Shown piece after piece: positions 49,700 through 64,000 of a DNA stretch of 64,000 nt. The notes beneath the pieces were generated by a model, which worked only from the letters and a program-made list of their open reading frames with translations, did not search any database and was not told where the DNA came from. Location: the NCBI GenBank assembly GCA_964016885.1, contig OZ024741.1, positions 325,748,001 to 325,812,000 on the forward strand, written 5' to 3'. This DNA is from Eledone cirrhosa. Lineage: Eukaryota. Position numbers and translations under genes: made by a program. Numbering within the stretch: position 1 is the first letter of the stretch; every line of letters begins with the position of its first letter.

Positions 49700-52600
49700 A
49701 AACCCCGTGACCAAGAAATACCGGGATGGCGGCCGGCGGGGAATAGCCGTGTCTCTAGGGAAGAACGACCCCTCTAGTCTTGGTTGACACTCGTTCTAGA
49801 AGTGGTAACACGAAATGATTACCCCTTGGCGGATAAGGATAAAACGCGACAAAATAAAGTAAATGTCTAATGATAAAATCTCATACCGGATCGGCCGGCA
49901 CCCGGGTAAAAAAGAGCCGCGTCCCTCAGAGACGAACCAGACTGGGGTCTAAAAATCAGCTAATGGTTCAAACCTTCCCATCACTTCGGAGCTGGAGACC
50001 TCCCATAACCGGAATACTCCTACTGTTGGCCCTCCATGCTCACCGCCAAGAAATCCAAAGAAAAAGAGAGAAATATGGTCAAGGGAAGATAATAAAGAAG
50101 TCCTTGAGGCTTTCTACACTGCCATGTACTACCCATCAAATACATCGAATACAGAACAGACATATATCAACTGGAAAAAGAAACATCCCGAAAACAGAGG
50201 CTATATTGACAGTAACAAACTAGCCAATATACGAAGAAATATTGTATGAAAAAAGTTACTAACTGATATAGAAATTGATCAGATCAAGCTTTTAGCACAA
50301 AGTCAGCGAAGGGAAAATGAAACATGTGTCAGTGAAAACGAGGTAAACTGTAACACTTCGATTCCCAGGGTTGGGGCGGAATCACTGGCAACAGAACAAA
50401 TTAAAGAAAGGATCGAAAAAGTAGAGGGAGTGCATGCTCAGGATGAAACTCCAAATGAAAATAATGAGATCGTAAATGATAAAGAAATGAATGAGAATGA
50501 ACTTGCCAACTTGAAGGATGAAATTATGATCGAATGGATGAAAATGAAAGAATCTGACATGGGGCAACGAGACACCCTCCCTAAGATCCAGAACTCCAAA
50601 CAGAACCAAAAGATAATACACAAGACTAACATAATTCTCAAAAACATTATCATCACAAACAAACTAAACATTACTGATTTAAATCATCTCTATTATGCAT
50701 CGGCTAAAGTCACCACTCACTTATGTGGAGTGAAGATGAAAAAACAAAGGAATTCCCACAAGAAATCTACTTGGCAAGAGAACATCAATCGCTAAATAAA
50801 CCTTCTCCGATCTGACATAGAAATTTTAACAAACTATAAAGTAGGTGAACATGTTAAACAAACTAAACTTAGAAAATTGAAAAAAAAGTACAGTATAAAA
50901 TCAACATGTGACATAGACATGCTGATAGAAATAATCAAGCAAAAAGTGTCGGCCAAAGCTGCTCGTATAAGGCGCTTTGAAAAACGATCTAGATTCTATA
51001 AGGACAATAATATGTTCAAAAACAACCAAAGAAACTTCTACAGAAAAATTGGTAAGTCAACAATAACTGCTAAATCAATACCACCCAAGGAGGAAGTGCA
51101 AGAATTCTGGGAAAAGATCTGGGCCGAAGAAAAAGTTCATAACATACATGCCCCATGGATAGACAGACAAATGAAAGATACAGCTCACCTTGAGGAACAA
51201 ATATGGGAAAGTATAACAGTTGAACAGTTGCGCTTGGCTCTAAGAAAAACCAGCAAATGGAAATCCCCAGGAAAAGACAAAATACAAAACTTTTGGATAA
51301 ATGCCTTCACAGAGTCTCATGAGCTGTTAGCCCAACTTTACAATGAAATAGTTAAGAAGCCAGAAAAGATACCATCATGGCTAGTTAACGGCATTACCTT
51401 CCTGCTCCCGAAGAATGATGAGACAAATAATCCCAAAAATTACAGACCGATAACTTGCTTGACCACAATGTATAAAATTTTAACATCAGTCCTAACTGAA
51501 TACACATATGACCACCTGATAACAAATGACCTATTTCCCATTGAGCAGAAAGGGTGTAAACGAGGCTCATATGGCTGTAAGGATCAGCTTCTGGTTAACA
51601 AAATGATACTGGAAGATTGTCATAATAGACACAAAAATCTATCGATTGCTTGGATAGATTATAAAAAAGCATCCGATAGTTTGCCACACAGTTGGATTGA
51701 AAAATGTTTAGAGATTTTCAAAATATCCCCCGTTGTCAGGAGGTTTTTGTCATTCAGTATGAAGACATGGAAAACGACACTCCTTTTGAATAGTGAAACA
51801 CTGGAAGCTGGAGAAGTTAATATTAATTGTGGAATTTTTCAGGGTGACTCTTTATCACCGCTTTTATTCTGCATCGCACTTATACCATTAAGTAAAATGC
51901 TCAATGAAACAAAACATGGATATAAAGTCTATGACAAAACCATTAATCACCTGTTCTACATGGATGACCTGAAACTATTTACAAAAAATGATGAACAATT
52001 GCAAGGGCTATTATCCACTGTGGAGCAGTTCAGTGATGACATTAAAATGGAGTTTGGACTAGATAAATGCGCCAAAGCAACGTTCACCAGAGGAAAGCTG
52101 CTGAAGAGTTCAGACATTAATCGTGATCGGGGCAACGTGATAAGAGAACTTGATCAAGAAAAAACTTACAAATATCTAGGTGTTTGTGAAGGAGACGGAA
52201 TCAAGCACTCGACAATGAGGGAAAGGATAAGGAAGGAATGTTACCGCAGAGTAAGAGCAATCTTAAGAACGGAATTGAATGCAAGGAATAGGATCGATGC
52301 CATAAACACGCTTGCCATACCAGTAGTAACCTACAGTTACAATGTCATCAACTGGTCAAGCACAGAGATCCGTAGGCTCGATACAAACATTCGAAAATTC
52401 TTAACCATGCACAGAATGCATCACCCTAAGGCAGATATAGATAGAATATATCTCCCTAGGAAAGAAGGAGGACGTGGGTTAATCCAGTTAGACATTGATT
52501 GAAAACTGCAACAATTGGATTATCTACATATCTAAGGGAATCACATGATTGGATGATCAAACTCGTTTTGAAACACGAAAGCATCAAAAGATCATATTCC

Positions 52601-53671
52601 ATTACAAAAGATGCACAAAGATACAGTAATGGACTACAAATTTCAGAAGTCCCATTTACTGCTGAAATGGAAAACACAGAAAAAGCAAAGCAGGTAAAAG
52701 TAACTGCAAAGAAAGAACTGCTACAGAAACTGGCTAAGAAATGGCAAGAAAAGCCTCTGTATGGAAAATACCCAGAGCGAGCTAACAATCCTGATGTTGA
52801 CAAAACTTTAACCCATCAGTGGTTGGCATCCTCTGGACTGAAATCGGAGACTGAAGGACTGATTATATCAGCACAAGATCAGTGTCTGCCAACAAAAAAT
52901 TACCAAGCCAACATAATAAAAAATGGATGCAGCCCATTATGCCGTGTATGCAAAAAACAACCAGAGACCATTGACCATATAATTTCAATGTGCAGTCCTA
53001 TAGCTCCAACCGAATACCTAAACAGGCATGACAGAGCTGCACAATATATACATTGGATAATGTGTAAGCATTTTGACCTTCCCCATCAAAAGAGTTGGTG
53101 GGAGCATCAACCACCTCCCATACTTGAAAAAGATCCCATCTCAATCTTGTGGAACTTTAGCATCCAAACAGACCGAAAAATAGATGCAAATAGACCTGAT
53201 ATAATATTGAAGGACTTTAAAAAGAGGGTATGCCTGCTAATTGATATGTCTGTTCCAATAGACAAGAATGTATCTATAAAAACATTTGAAAAATTGAGCA
53301 AGTATAAGGACCTGGAGATAGAAATTGGAAAAATGTGGAAATTGAGAACTAAAACAATACCAGTGGTTGTAGGCGCTCTGGGAATGATACCTAAGGGGTC
53401 TAATGATTACTTATCGCAAATCCCAGGAAACCCGCGTATAGGAGAAATACAAAAGATAGTACTAATGGGAACTGCCCATATACTAAGGAAGATTCTGTCA
53501 ATATAAGTACATCACAAGTCTAAACACTAAGGATGCATGTGTGAGTATGTATGTTCTTTCTTGAACATGGCGGACCTTGTTGTCTCTTGAGGTCACTGGT
53601 TGTGACTTGGTGATAACTCGTATGAACATAAAGCAAGATAAATGCAACTGTAATAATAATAATAATAATAA
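49700..53671 (+). mobile_element. Full-length R4/Dong-clade LINE, family B, several disruptions
   Basis: ORF pieces 50430..50795, 50877..52502 (YMDD) and 52499..53506 (CRVC..HIISMC, ANRPDII); (TAA)n tail. Confidence 0.92.
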
Positions 53672-53997
53672 TTTTACTGAAATATGTATAGTGATGCTGT
53701 ATATGCTATTTGTGCAGCTATTCTTATTGCAGCTTATGCAGTTTCCGAAATAGATAATCCTATTCAGTTGTCATTGTCTGTGTTATGTTTTCCTCTAATG
53801 TATATCCAGTCACGCAGAAGTGTACATGGATTGCTCTTAGCGTTTTACACATTTAGATTAATCGTGACAACATAGTTTTGTATATACTAACTATATACCT
53901 CTATGCACGCATGATTCTCAGGCGTACGCAAACATACCCTATAAGGCTAGATATACAAAACACACACACACACACATATATGTATGTATATATATGA

Positions 53998-54028
<31 letters not shown>

Positions 54029-54371
54029 TGTATGTATGTATGTATGTATGTATGTATGTATCTATGTATGTGTATATATATATATATAACGGTCGTATGT
54101 GTATGAGTGTATGTGTATGCATTGAATTAGGCATGTCTTTTACTATCTTTGTAAATATATATGCATATTTCCCCTTCTCCTTCACTCTCTTACCTCCTCT
54201 TTCTCTGTCTGCCTGACAGTCTGTCTGTATGTCTTCCCCCCCACCTCTATATACATATATGTGTCTGTCTGTACATTGAATATGTTTTATAGATGTAAAT
54301 GCATATAATGTATATAATTCTTTAGGATTATTTGTATTAACATAAGTGTTGTAGTATGTATGTATGTGAAC

Positions 54372-54464
<93 letters not shown>

Positions 54465-54873
54465 CACATATATATATATATATATACATATATATGTATA
54501 TATAAATACTTGTTGGTATTGAAAAGTTGAATTATCGTATATATGAATGATGAACAACTACTTTCCCTGATTCATATGTAGGAGTATATATTAGAGATAC
54601 TTAGATAGTTGCATATTTGTATGCATCTACAGAATATTTGTATGCATCTACAGAAAACATATTTATCTGTGTAATTATAAGCAGATGCATGCATTTCAGT
54701 ATCTTATCGTGACAAGGTTTATTTTTCTGTGTGTATGTGAGTGACTGTGTGTATGTATGTGCGAGGGAATGTATGGATCACTTCTCTATTTTTCTAGTTC
54801 CTCTTTTGTCTCTCCCTATCTTTTTCTGTCTATATATTATTATCCCCCCACACATATATACACACACACACTC

Positions 54874-54942
<69 letters not shown>

Positions 54943-56115
54943 TTCCGGTCGTGATAGGGTTATGAACCTTGTTATTACTTATGCTTGCTATAAAAATGTT
55001 AAAAATTCGTGTGAAAGTGGATACACAAATAAACATTAATATGCATATATTTGTACCTTTTGTCATTACTGAAATCGACATTTCTGTACAACTACGATAA
55101 GCAATACAAACATGAAAAGGATGCAATGGATACAAAATATTTAGGTTTTTAATAAACTCACTTTTTATATTTTACATTCTTTGTTTATTTTCTGTATTTT
55201 GAACAGAAGAAAGTAGTGAGAAAACTGGAAAAAAGTAATTACAAAAATGTGAACTAAGTACATCGGTCCACATTTCCCACTCATTGAACAACTAAAATTG
55301 ATTTAAAAGTCATGCGACATACGAGAAAGACGAAAATAAGTTGTATGAATATAACTTAACAATCGTCCTAAAACTAGGATCTATCATAGCAAACCCGATT
55401 GGCGAAATACATAGCCTACGTATCTTCCTAGACACCTTTCTAGGCGAGTCAGACCTGTTTGACTAATATAGTTTTCATGACAACCCTTACATGCTATAAT
55501 ATATATTAAATTGTATGAACATAGGTCGCTTTTTGTGATGTCTTAAGTTTCAGTAATAAAAACATTTCCTTTTTAGATACACTAATACCAAAAGAAACAC
55601 ATTACGTCTTTACAAAAATACTCAGGGATGGCTCTGATCTTCCCCCTGTTGTTTTCCTTTAATTTAGTGGTGATTCTGCGTTACCCTTCAGATAACCCGA
55701 AAGAAGGAAACCTTGGGGATTTAAATCAGGTCTGTGTGGGGCTCCATACAAAATCAGTCTCCAAACTGATCATACGAATCCCTAAGTTATTTTTCAGTCT
55801 GTATTCTGTAGGGGTACTTCTTAAAATCCTCTTTGACAACCCTTCTGCAATTTTCTCTGTATTTATCTATAATCTTCCGTGTTAAGTTTGGTAAATTACG
55901 TTTCAAACACCAACAAAAAGAAAAGGTTAGTTATATTACTAATTCTCTCTAAATTCCTGATTATTTTCAGAATAAATTGACATACATAGCCAGTGTAGTT
56001 TATTAGAATTATGATAACGAAAGAAAGTTTTTGTCTTTATCTAAAATCCTCTACCATAATTTTACGTTAGGACTATATTGTTAATTTATATTCCAAACAT
56101 TAGTATAGTAATGAA

Positions 56116-56308
56116 ATAATTGTTTCTACTTTTGGAACAAGGCCAGCAATTATCGCAATGCATAACTAATACTTTATTTTATTGACTCCGTAAGAATTAA
56201 AGGCAAAGTTAACCTCGGCGGAATTTGAACTCAGATCATAAAGGACCGTAACTCTCTGCTGCAAAGCATGGTGTCCGACCCTCTACCGATACTGCCAATC
56301 CACCGCCC
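56116..56308 (-). mobile_element. Full-length SINE
   Basis: Reverse complement of the 14263 family. Confidence 0.88.
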
Positions 56309-56319
56309 TTTAATAATAA

Positions 56320-56760
56320 CTAGCAGAGGTACCCGGCGTTGCTCGGGTATTAAATAGCAGTTATGTATACCATTTATGTTAATACTTCAGTGCTGCTTCG
56401 AAAACTATACTTTTAGAAAATCATCGGCTTTTTCCAAAAGGGGATTCTTGCCCCCAGGGTCCCCTACTCGATATGTGCCAATTCTGAGAGTTCACATTCA
56501 TCTGTAGAACAAACGTAGCCCTTGTGTCAAGTTTTGTGAAAATCGGTTGCGAACTCCAGAAGTTAAGACGTTTTGTTGCATTGCACTGCAGTGCTTCAGT
56601 CGACTCCAAGGAAGTGGTTAAAGGGGGTTATCTGCCGGGAGACCTTATAATCAATATCTGGAAAAATGAAAGTGCCCATGACCATCCGGAGTACATAAGT
56701 AACCTATGTCTTAAGTTTGGTGAAAATACTGTAGAAATGCATAAGGTTTATACACATACG
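56320..56760 (-). mobile_element. Non-autonomous Helitron 3' portion
   Basis: CTAG terminus at 56320 with subterminal hairpin ACCCGGCGTTGCTCGGGT; 5' extent uncertain. Confidence 0.6.
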
Positions 56761-56896
56761 CGTGCGTGCGCGCGCATGTGTGTGTGCGTGTGTATTTGTG
56801 TGTGCGTATGCATATGTATGTGTATGTCCGTCGGCGCATACGTATGTACTGGCCTAAATCTTCACTATTTACTTTTACTATTTTAAGGCAAAGTTA

Positions 56897-57005
56897 AAAT
56901 CCCGTCGAGGTTAACTTTGCCTTTTATCCTTACGAGGTCGATAAAATAAAGTACCAGTAATGTACTGGGTAATTGATGGCCTTGTGCCAAAAGTAGAAAC
57001 AACTA
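56897..57005 (+). mobile_element. SINE 3' part
   Basis: Homologous to the 14263 family. Confidence 0.8.
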
Positions 57006-57009
57006 TTTT

Positions 57010-57362
57010 AATAACCTCTGTCATTTTCGTTTACAATTTTATTTACATTATTCTTAAACTCCGGGGCTGGAAATCATTCGGTTATTTTAAATAGAATATT
57101 AGTCTAACGACTCCATTTACACCATAATTTTGGTATTGTCTTTGCATGAAATTGTTCTTCTCAGTCCACATAACGACGTATTATCCTCCCTTTTTTCCCG
57201 TTCATTACCAGGGAACGTCATCACGAACCAAAATATCGTCTTCCTGTTTTCATTCGGTTGCAACGTTTCTCGAAATATTTAATTCTGCGTCCACAGATAG
57301 AATTTATTAGTTTCAGAAGATCCCGTTAATGTTGAAAGCAGCGATTCTTTGCTTAAACTTTC
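57010..57362 (+). mobile_element. Diverged copy of family 5 element
   Basis: Homologous to 23790-24000 and to the reverse complement of 23390-23590, including the CAGAAGA..GAAAGCAGCG motif. Confidence 0.75.
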
Positions 57363-57398
57363 TTTCTTTCTCAACTCCTCTGCATTTTTTCTCATACC

Positions 57399-57431
<33 letters not shown>

Positions 57432-57492
57432 ACTCATACACCCTGTCTCTCTCTTCCTCCTACAGAATGGAGAACAATAAAGAACGGGCAGA

Positions 57493-57614
<122 letters not shown>

Positions 57615-59360
57615 TGTGTGTGTGTGTGTGAACCAGCGTTCGTCGCCATTCGCTCTCTCTCTCTGACTCTCTATCTGATTATCTTGTACGTCTCTCTGTA
57701 TAACGACCTATCTCACTCTCTCTCTCTACATCTCCCTTTCTCTCTTTAGATGTATATGTATATGTGTGTGTGATATATATATATAGAGAGAGTTGTATGT
57801 AGTTTCATAGATTTTTGAGGGTATAAACAGAGTATATAAATAAATTTACAGTAGAATAACATAACAAATATATTTTAAATATATACATAAACTACAATAT
57901 TAAAGAAAATGCAAAGGAAGGGAGCCAATACCAGAGCAAAAGACAGCAACGTCGCGAGTACTGGGCAACCTCTCTAATTTTGAGGCAAGCCAGCACACTC
58001 GCAGCGTTGCCTCGGGTGATGACGAGGCTGATGCGCTGAAATATTGTTTTAAAAGACTTTTTAATGGAAATGAAGCAAAATGGAAGCTTAATGTTGAAAC
58101 TTCGAACTCATGAATTTTGCAGGTTAAAATTTAGCTGGCCCGAAAACTGTTCGCGTATTTTTGTACCTTTGCTCGTTTATTCGTAACGTAAATAGATAAA
58201 CAAATGACGCCATAAAAGGGAAATAACTCGTCTCTCATCTCTATTTATACATTTGAACTGAAAAATCAATACATTACAAATTCGATTTTTGCACTTGGCG
58301 TGGGTCGATTTGAAAAATCTTTTGACCGATGTCTCCGCCGGCCCTTCATCTATAGGTGTAGCAATTTCACCGAAATTTGAACGTACGGTTTAAGAGGAGA
58401 TGTGTGTCGACCGTTTTAGTAGACAGACAGACAGACAACCTAAGTTTTATATATATAGACTAGCAAATCTAGTGTATATACTGATATTGTTGAGATTTGG
58501 ATGAGAAATGTTTTCGGCACCACATGTTCACCGTCTCTCGGTGTGTCCTTTATGCATGTATAAATATATATGTTATCTATACGGTGAAATCTTTGAAATA
58601 AATATATGTTAAAACGAAAAAGGAGAAAATAAATAACTGGCGGTTAGAAAAAAATATTCCTATGAAATTTGAATCATACCATTAGGTGTGAATAAGGAAA
58701 TATTTTTTTATTGTCAAAACAAATGTTCAAAAGTTAAACTTCAATTTTTTTAATTATTTCCAATTTTTTCATGAAATTGAACACTGGACATTGGCTGCTA
58801 GAAATGGAAATTAAATCGTATTTAATTGTATTTAAATTTCTAACCTTATTTTATTATTTATATTTTTTCAATAAGAAATAAAAAAAAACAACAAAAAAAA
58901 TTGAAGAAAAAAATTGAACAAATCAAACGTAGATTATGGAACTGCGCAATCTGATTAATAAATTACCTCATCAGCAGCAACCTTCTTCAAATGGTCCTTA
59001 TTATCAGCAGCAACAACCACAAATTAAATGGCAACCTTCTTCAAACCACAAATTCAATGGCAACCTTCTTCGCATGGTGTCAAGTCAGAACCGCCTCGAA
59101 CTGGTTACTTCTGGCTTGTGCAAGGTGTCTCTATAGCAACCAGCGATTCCCTCGGCCTCAGTGACAAAAGTCAGTGGAGAGGGGAAGGTAATGTTTCTGT
59201 AGCACGTGTTTTAGCGTCTATTCACTCTCTCTCCCTCTCTCCCTCCCACTATCCCCCTCTCGTAGTCTGTCTCTTTCTTTCACTCTCACTCTCTCTCTAC
59301 GCACGTGTTTCCACTGTCGGTCTGACAGACAGAGAAATTGCTGGTTATATATATAAGTAG

Positions 59361-59749
59361 ATTGTTTCTACGTTTGGCACAAGGCCAGCACATAATGACC
59401 CAGTACATTACTGGTACTTTATTTTATCGACCCCGTAAGAATGAAAGGCAAAGTTAACCTCGGCGGAATTTGAACTCAGATCATAAAGCGCCGTAACTCT
59501 CTGCTGCAAAGCATGGCGTCCGACCCTCTACCGATACTGCGAATCCACCGCCCTTTAATAATAATTGTTTCTACTTTTAGCACAAGGCCAGCAATACCCA
59601 GTACATTACTGGTACTTTATTTTATCGACCCAGTAAGAATGAAAGGCAAAGTTAACCTCGACGGGATTTGAACTCAGATCGTAAAGGGACGTAACTATGC
59701 TAGAAAGCATGGCGTCCGCGCCTCTACCGATACTGCCAATTCACCGCCC
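59361..59749 (-). mobile_element. Two head-to-tail full-length SINEs
   Basis: 59361-59553 and 59556-59749, each preceded on its own strand by ATTATTAAA. Confidence 0.9.
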
Positions 59750-60610
59750 TTTAATAATAATGAAATAATGATATTACTAAATCTTTCCAATTTCTTTATC
59801 AATTGCAAAATAAATTGAAACATATAGGCGTGTATTTTGCTAGAAATATAATTAGAAATGGGTTTAAGTGTTTATACTCATCTAAAAAACATTACATCAT
59901 AATTTTATGAAAGGACGTTTGTTAAGTTATGTTCCAAACACCACCTTAAAAATGAAAAAAAAGTATATTACTAAAACCTTTCAACATCTTGATTATTTTC
60001 AATATGAATTGAAAAAATGGGCAGTCTATTTATTAGTAATATGTTGACTGAAGGATTAAATTATATTCTGAACAATGAGAAATGTTATTTATATTACAAC
60101 ATCCCTCTACAGTCATGATTATTTTCGTAATTAATTGAAACATATTCGTAGGCCAGGTATTTCATTCGAAATATAGTAAAAAAGGGTTAATAGTTGTTCT
60201 CTCGTACATTGGCTATTTCAAGAGACGGTTGAGAGAATGATAAATATGTGCGGTTAAGAAAAAAAAACAAAACAAAAAACACAACAACAAAAGCAACAAA
60301 TAAAAAAACAGGAGTAGAAAGGAGAGAAGATGTTTATTGAAAGAATAATAGTTAAAAGGCTTTTAGATGAAACGGCGATTTTCCTTTTAGAAAGACCAAT
60401 GGCAAAGTAAAAAGTGAGATGTTAAGGTTAAGATTGTATTTGATAAATGTCAAATTTGAACCGTTCAAAATAAAGAACAAATGCTATCAATATTTTTTGT
60501 TCTTAGTTGACAGTAGACACCCACACAGAGACACATACACACACACACGCACATACACACATACACATGTACGCATATAGGCGTATATACGTGTGTGTAT
60601 GTGTGCGAAC

Positions 60611-60669
<59 letters not shown>

Positions 60670-60760
60670 GAGACACACACATACAGACACATACATACAC
60701 ACATACACACAAACACACACACATACATACACGCACACACGCACACATACACGCACACAT

Positions 60761-60842
<82 letters not shown>

Positions 60843-61280
60843 TATATACATATATAAAAATGTCCATATATGTATTTAATATAGAGCTGAGTTGATGAGT
60901 GTAGGACGCTTAAAGAACTTAAGAGAGTAATTCGTAAGCGGAAAAGTCTGGCTCGCAGTGTTATTAGAGAGGAATCTATGTAAAATTTATTGCTCATGAT
61001 AGGACAGTTGGTTGTGGCCATTTTGAAGTATATCAACGATGGCGGAAATAATGCTAGGTCAGTCGTCTGACAAGGGAGATGATAACCAGCATTGACACGA
61101 AGTTTTCTAGTACATACATTCGCAGGTCTCAATAATTGTATGGAACTATTGTCCATGCTAGCATGTATATGCATATATATATATATATATGTACACACAG
61201 ACACACATACACACACACATACTCGCACACACACACACACACACACACACGCGCGCACACGCACACACACGCACGCACAC

Positions 61281-61360
<80 letters not shown>

Positions 61361-61460
61361 TATGTAGTATATATGAATCAAGGCGGATTCAGTAAGAAGC
61401 TGGTTAGACCATTAATTAACGGAGTAATCAATACTTGGGGTAGTAGAGTGTGGTTATATA

Positions 61461-61557
61461 AATGAGTGAGAACCCAGACGGCTGAGCTTCTTTCAACAGT
61501 TAGTTCGGACTAGTTGTTGAAAAGGCAGGAGCTCAGCCGTCGGGATACCGACTCATT
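61461..61557 (+). other. ~97-nt imperfect hairpin
   Basis: GACGGCTGAGCTTC/GGAGCTCAGCCGTC and TTTCAACAGTTAGT-TCGG-ACTAGTTGTTGAAA. Confidence 0.75.
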
Positions 61558-61732
61558 CATATATATGTCTCTCATCGATTTCGAAGTATTAGGATCTGAA
61601 CAACCTATTCAGTTCATTCAGTTTCCATGTTTTTATCGGCATGACATTTTAGACCTGCCAAAGATTTGCAAAGAAATCGACAGATCGTGCAAGGGTGAGG
61701 TTTACCGGATAATGTTTCTGGTATGTTTGATG

Positions 61733-61764
<32 letters not shown>

Positions 61765-62311
61765 CTAAAGACCAGAAAAAAGAGTCAGAAAAATCGATAG
61801 TCACTGCGCAGATTGGTGTGACGAAAGTTCTTGGATGGAAGAATGAAGATAAAGTGAAAGTTATATAGTGTGTGTTCAATTGGCAAATTTACCAAATATA
61901 ACAATATCGGTCTCTACAGACGATTTCAAATCAAGATTCTTGCTGAACAAATACATAAACCTAATATATATATTTATATTTATATTACGCCCAACCTAAG
62001 AGAAGAGGAAAGCAAAACTTAATTAGAATGTAAAGGTAAAATTAATCAGGTTCGAGGGTTTTACAAAAAAAAAGAGTGAAATCTTCCATGCGGACAGGAA
62101 GGGATTATTTTACTCCTAGACTTAAGGAGACTAATATAAATTACTATGCTCAATGTTACCCTTTTTAGAGACCAGAGTTAGAATTTCTTAATGTTTCATT
62201 CTTAAAAATGTGTAGATGCGCATAAAATATCTAGTTTTAATTTTATGTAATTAAAGAATTTACGCAAGTAAAGGATTTAATTACAAGTTACAGCTTCACA
62301 TTTATATACTA

Positions 62312-63181
62312 CTAGCAGTGGTACTCGGCGTTGCACGGGATAAGGTATTTTGGAAGGCGGGCCGCCAACGGACTTAATCGTGGAAAAACTGCATGCCTGG
62401 ACAATATGTAAAGAAAATAAACCGAATACTCAGATGGCTGGATAATCTTTAAAATTTTCCTCGTTGAAGCAGGAAAAATGCAAGTTTTCACCTAATGCTG
62501 GCCCTAGGAGATCAAGAAAATGAATTTTTTTTATGTGCATAATATGCCTTGAAATTTCGGAAAAATCGGTTAGACGTAATGCCTCCAAAAAGCCCTAAAA
62601 AGTTGATAAAAAAATGAAGTTTTTCACCTAATGCGGGCCCTAAGCCATAAAAAAGTTGGATTTTCTTTGCTCACGGTATGAAGAAGAGACTGACCAATAC
62701 ATAGTTACACTTTCAAGGAAATCAGTCTGACGTAACTGGCCCTACGAGATCAAAAGGTTGAATTAACATTCCCTGAAACATAAGTATACACATGTAAAAT
62801 TTTTAAAAAAATCCGTTGGGTACTTCTCGAGTTTTAGGGATTCAAACTCACAGACACACACACACACACAGACAGACATCCTCAGGGAAGTGACATAATG
62901 CACACAGCCAGACATACAGACATATATTATAAGGGCGCGACGTTATATGTATGTATCTATCTAAAAAGAGAAAGACTAAGAATTATAGAGAGAGATCGCT
63001 AAATCGCCTAATGTGGTCCCTAGGGTATTGAAAATTTGAAATTCTTTTTGTTCAGAACACTCCCTGAAACATAAGTATTACATGTGTAAAGTTTGAAAAC
63101 AGTCGGTTGGGTGCTTCTCTAGTTTTCGGGATTCAAACTCACACACACACAGACAGACATCCTCAGTTTTATATATATAGA
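62312..63181 (-). mobile_element. Non-autonomous Helitron
   Basis: On minus: 5' TCTATATATATA at 63181; 3' hairpin CCCGTGCAACGCCGAG then CTAG|T at 62312; internal duplication ~62765-62885 / 63057-63166. Confidence 0.72.
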
Positions 63182-63458
63182 CATTACTTCTAAGACAATC
63201 TTCTCTAAGGGGACATAGGTCGGGGACCTTACAGTTACAATTGGTTACCGGATTTATAATATTAAGAGGTTTACTTGATATATTACTCTAGTACTGTAAA
63301 AGGTTTCTATTGTACGATGACTTACAATAATTATTAACTTCTGTATTGTCTATAATATTGTTAGTACTATTGTTATACTCATTATCTACAACTGTTGGAA
63401 GGTTCTGTGAAGGAGGTTTCTGTTCTCATTTATATAAGTTTATTTAATTATTATTATA

Positions 63459-63638
63459 TTGATTGGTAGTATCGGTAGAGAGTCGGACACCATGCTTTGA
63501 CGCATAGAGTTACAGCCCTTGCCATTCTGAGTTAAAATCCCGCCGAGGTTAACTTTGTTTTTCATCCTTACGGACTCGATAAAATAAAGTACCAGTAATG
63601 CACTGGATAATTGTTGGCCTTGTGCCAAAAGTAGAAAC
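63459..63638 (+). mobile_element. SINE
   Basis: Homologous to the 14263 family. Confidence 0.85.
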
Positions 63639-64000
63639 ATAGCCAAATATTAGGTGTCGTAGAGAAAGATAATTTGATATCATTTTTGTTTATTATACTA
63701 TAGTATTTATGTCACTGGGAAACATATTTTTCTAAAATGCTAAAAAATATTGTAGGTATATGGGACGCTATGTGAACTCCGTATGGAGGATTAAATCATA
63801 TATATTCCTTCTATTCTTCTTTCTTACTTGATTTACTAAATGTTTGACTGTAGAGACATTTACTAATGGATTAGTATTGTTATTATTCTTACAAAAATTA
63901 TTATTTCGATTAATATTATTGGTCAAAATTGAGCCTTGAAACCTTAGGTAGCACTTTTGTTCCATGTATGAACATAACTGAATAATATATCAGCTCTGAT

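Noticed and set aside
55374-55431. Possible hammerhead (CTAGGA…GAAATAC…GTATC TTCCTAG)
   Set aside because: First core box reads CTATCAT and needs at least two repairs; too degenerate to call
58936-59136. Q-rich 66-aa ORF as a host exon
   Set aside because: Built from short internal repeats within probable Helitron-like repeat sequence; no domain or splice support

Overview
Eukaryotic, gene-empty, repeat-dense window; the SINE types, microsatellite load and LINE complement suggest an octopus/cephalopod genome (inference). No host protein-coding gene is supported, and most listed ORFs are translated microsatellites or antisense shadows. Contents: (i) L1/Tx1-type LINEs with (TATC)n tails (1-5.7 kb) or (TAA)n tails (28-41.7 kb); (ii) five R4/Dong-type restriction-like-endonuclease LINEs nested in (TAA)n tracts (34-53.7 kb), one broken by only a 2-bp deletion; (iii) RTE fragments, tRNA-derived SINEs, non-autonomous Helitrons and a Penelope-like GIY-YIG fragment. 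The most striking signal is at 5.9-26.3 kb: a series of short non-coding fold-back elements, each embedded in (TA)n or related microsatellites. At least six sequence-unrelated families each carry a hand-foldable type I hammerhead ribozyme, several with atypical features: ~90-nt or ~60-nt stem II inserts, U3-A8, C4 or A4 core variants, and a 20-bp stem I extension. Two families show circularly permuted monomers (318 nt and 594 nt), as expected of retrozyme-like circular or tandem RNAs mobilised by Penelope-like elements. All structures were folded by eye; activity is untested.
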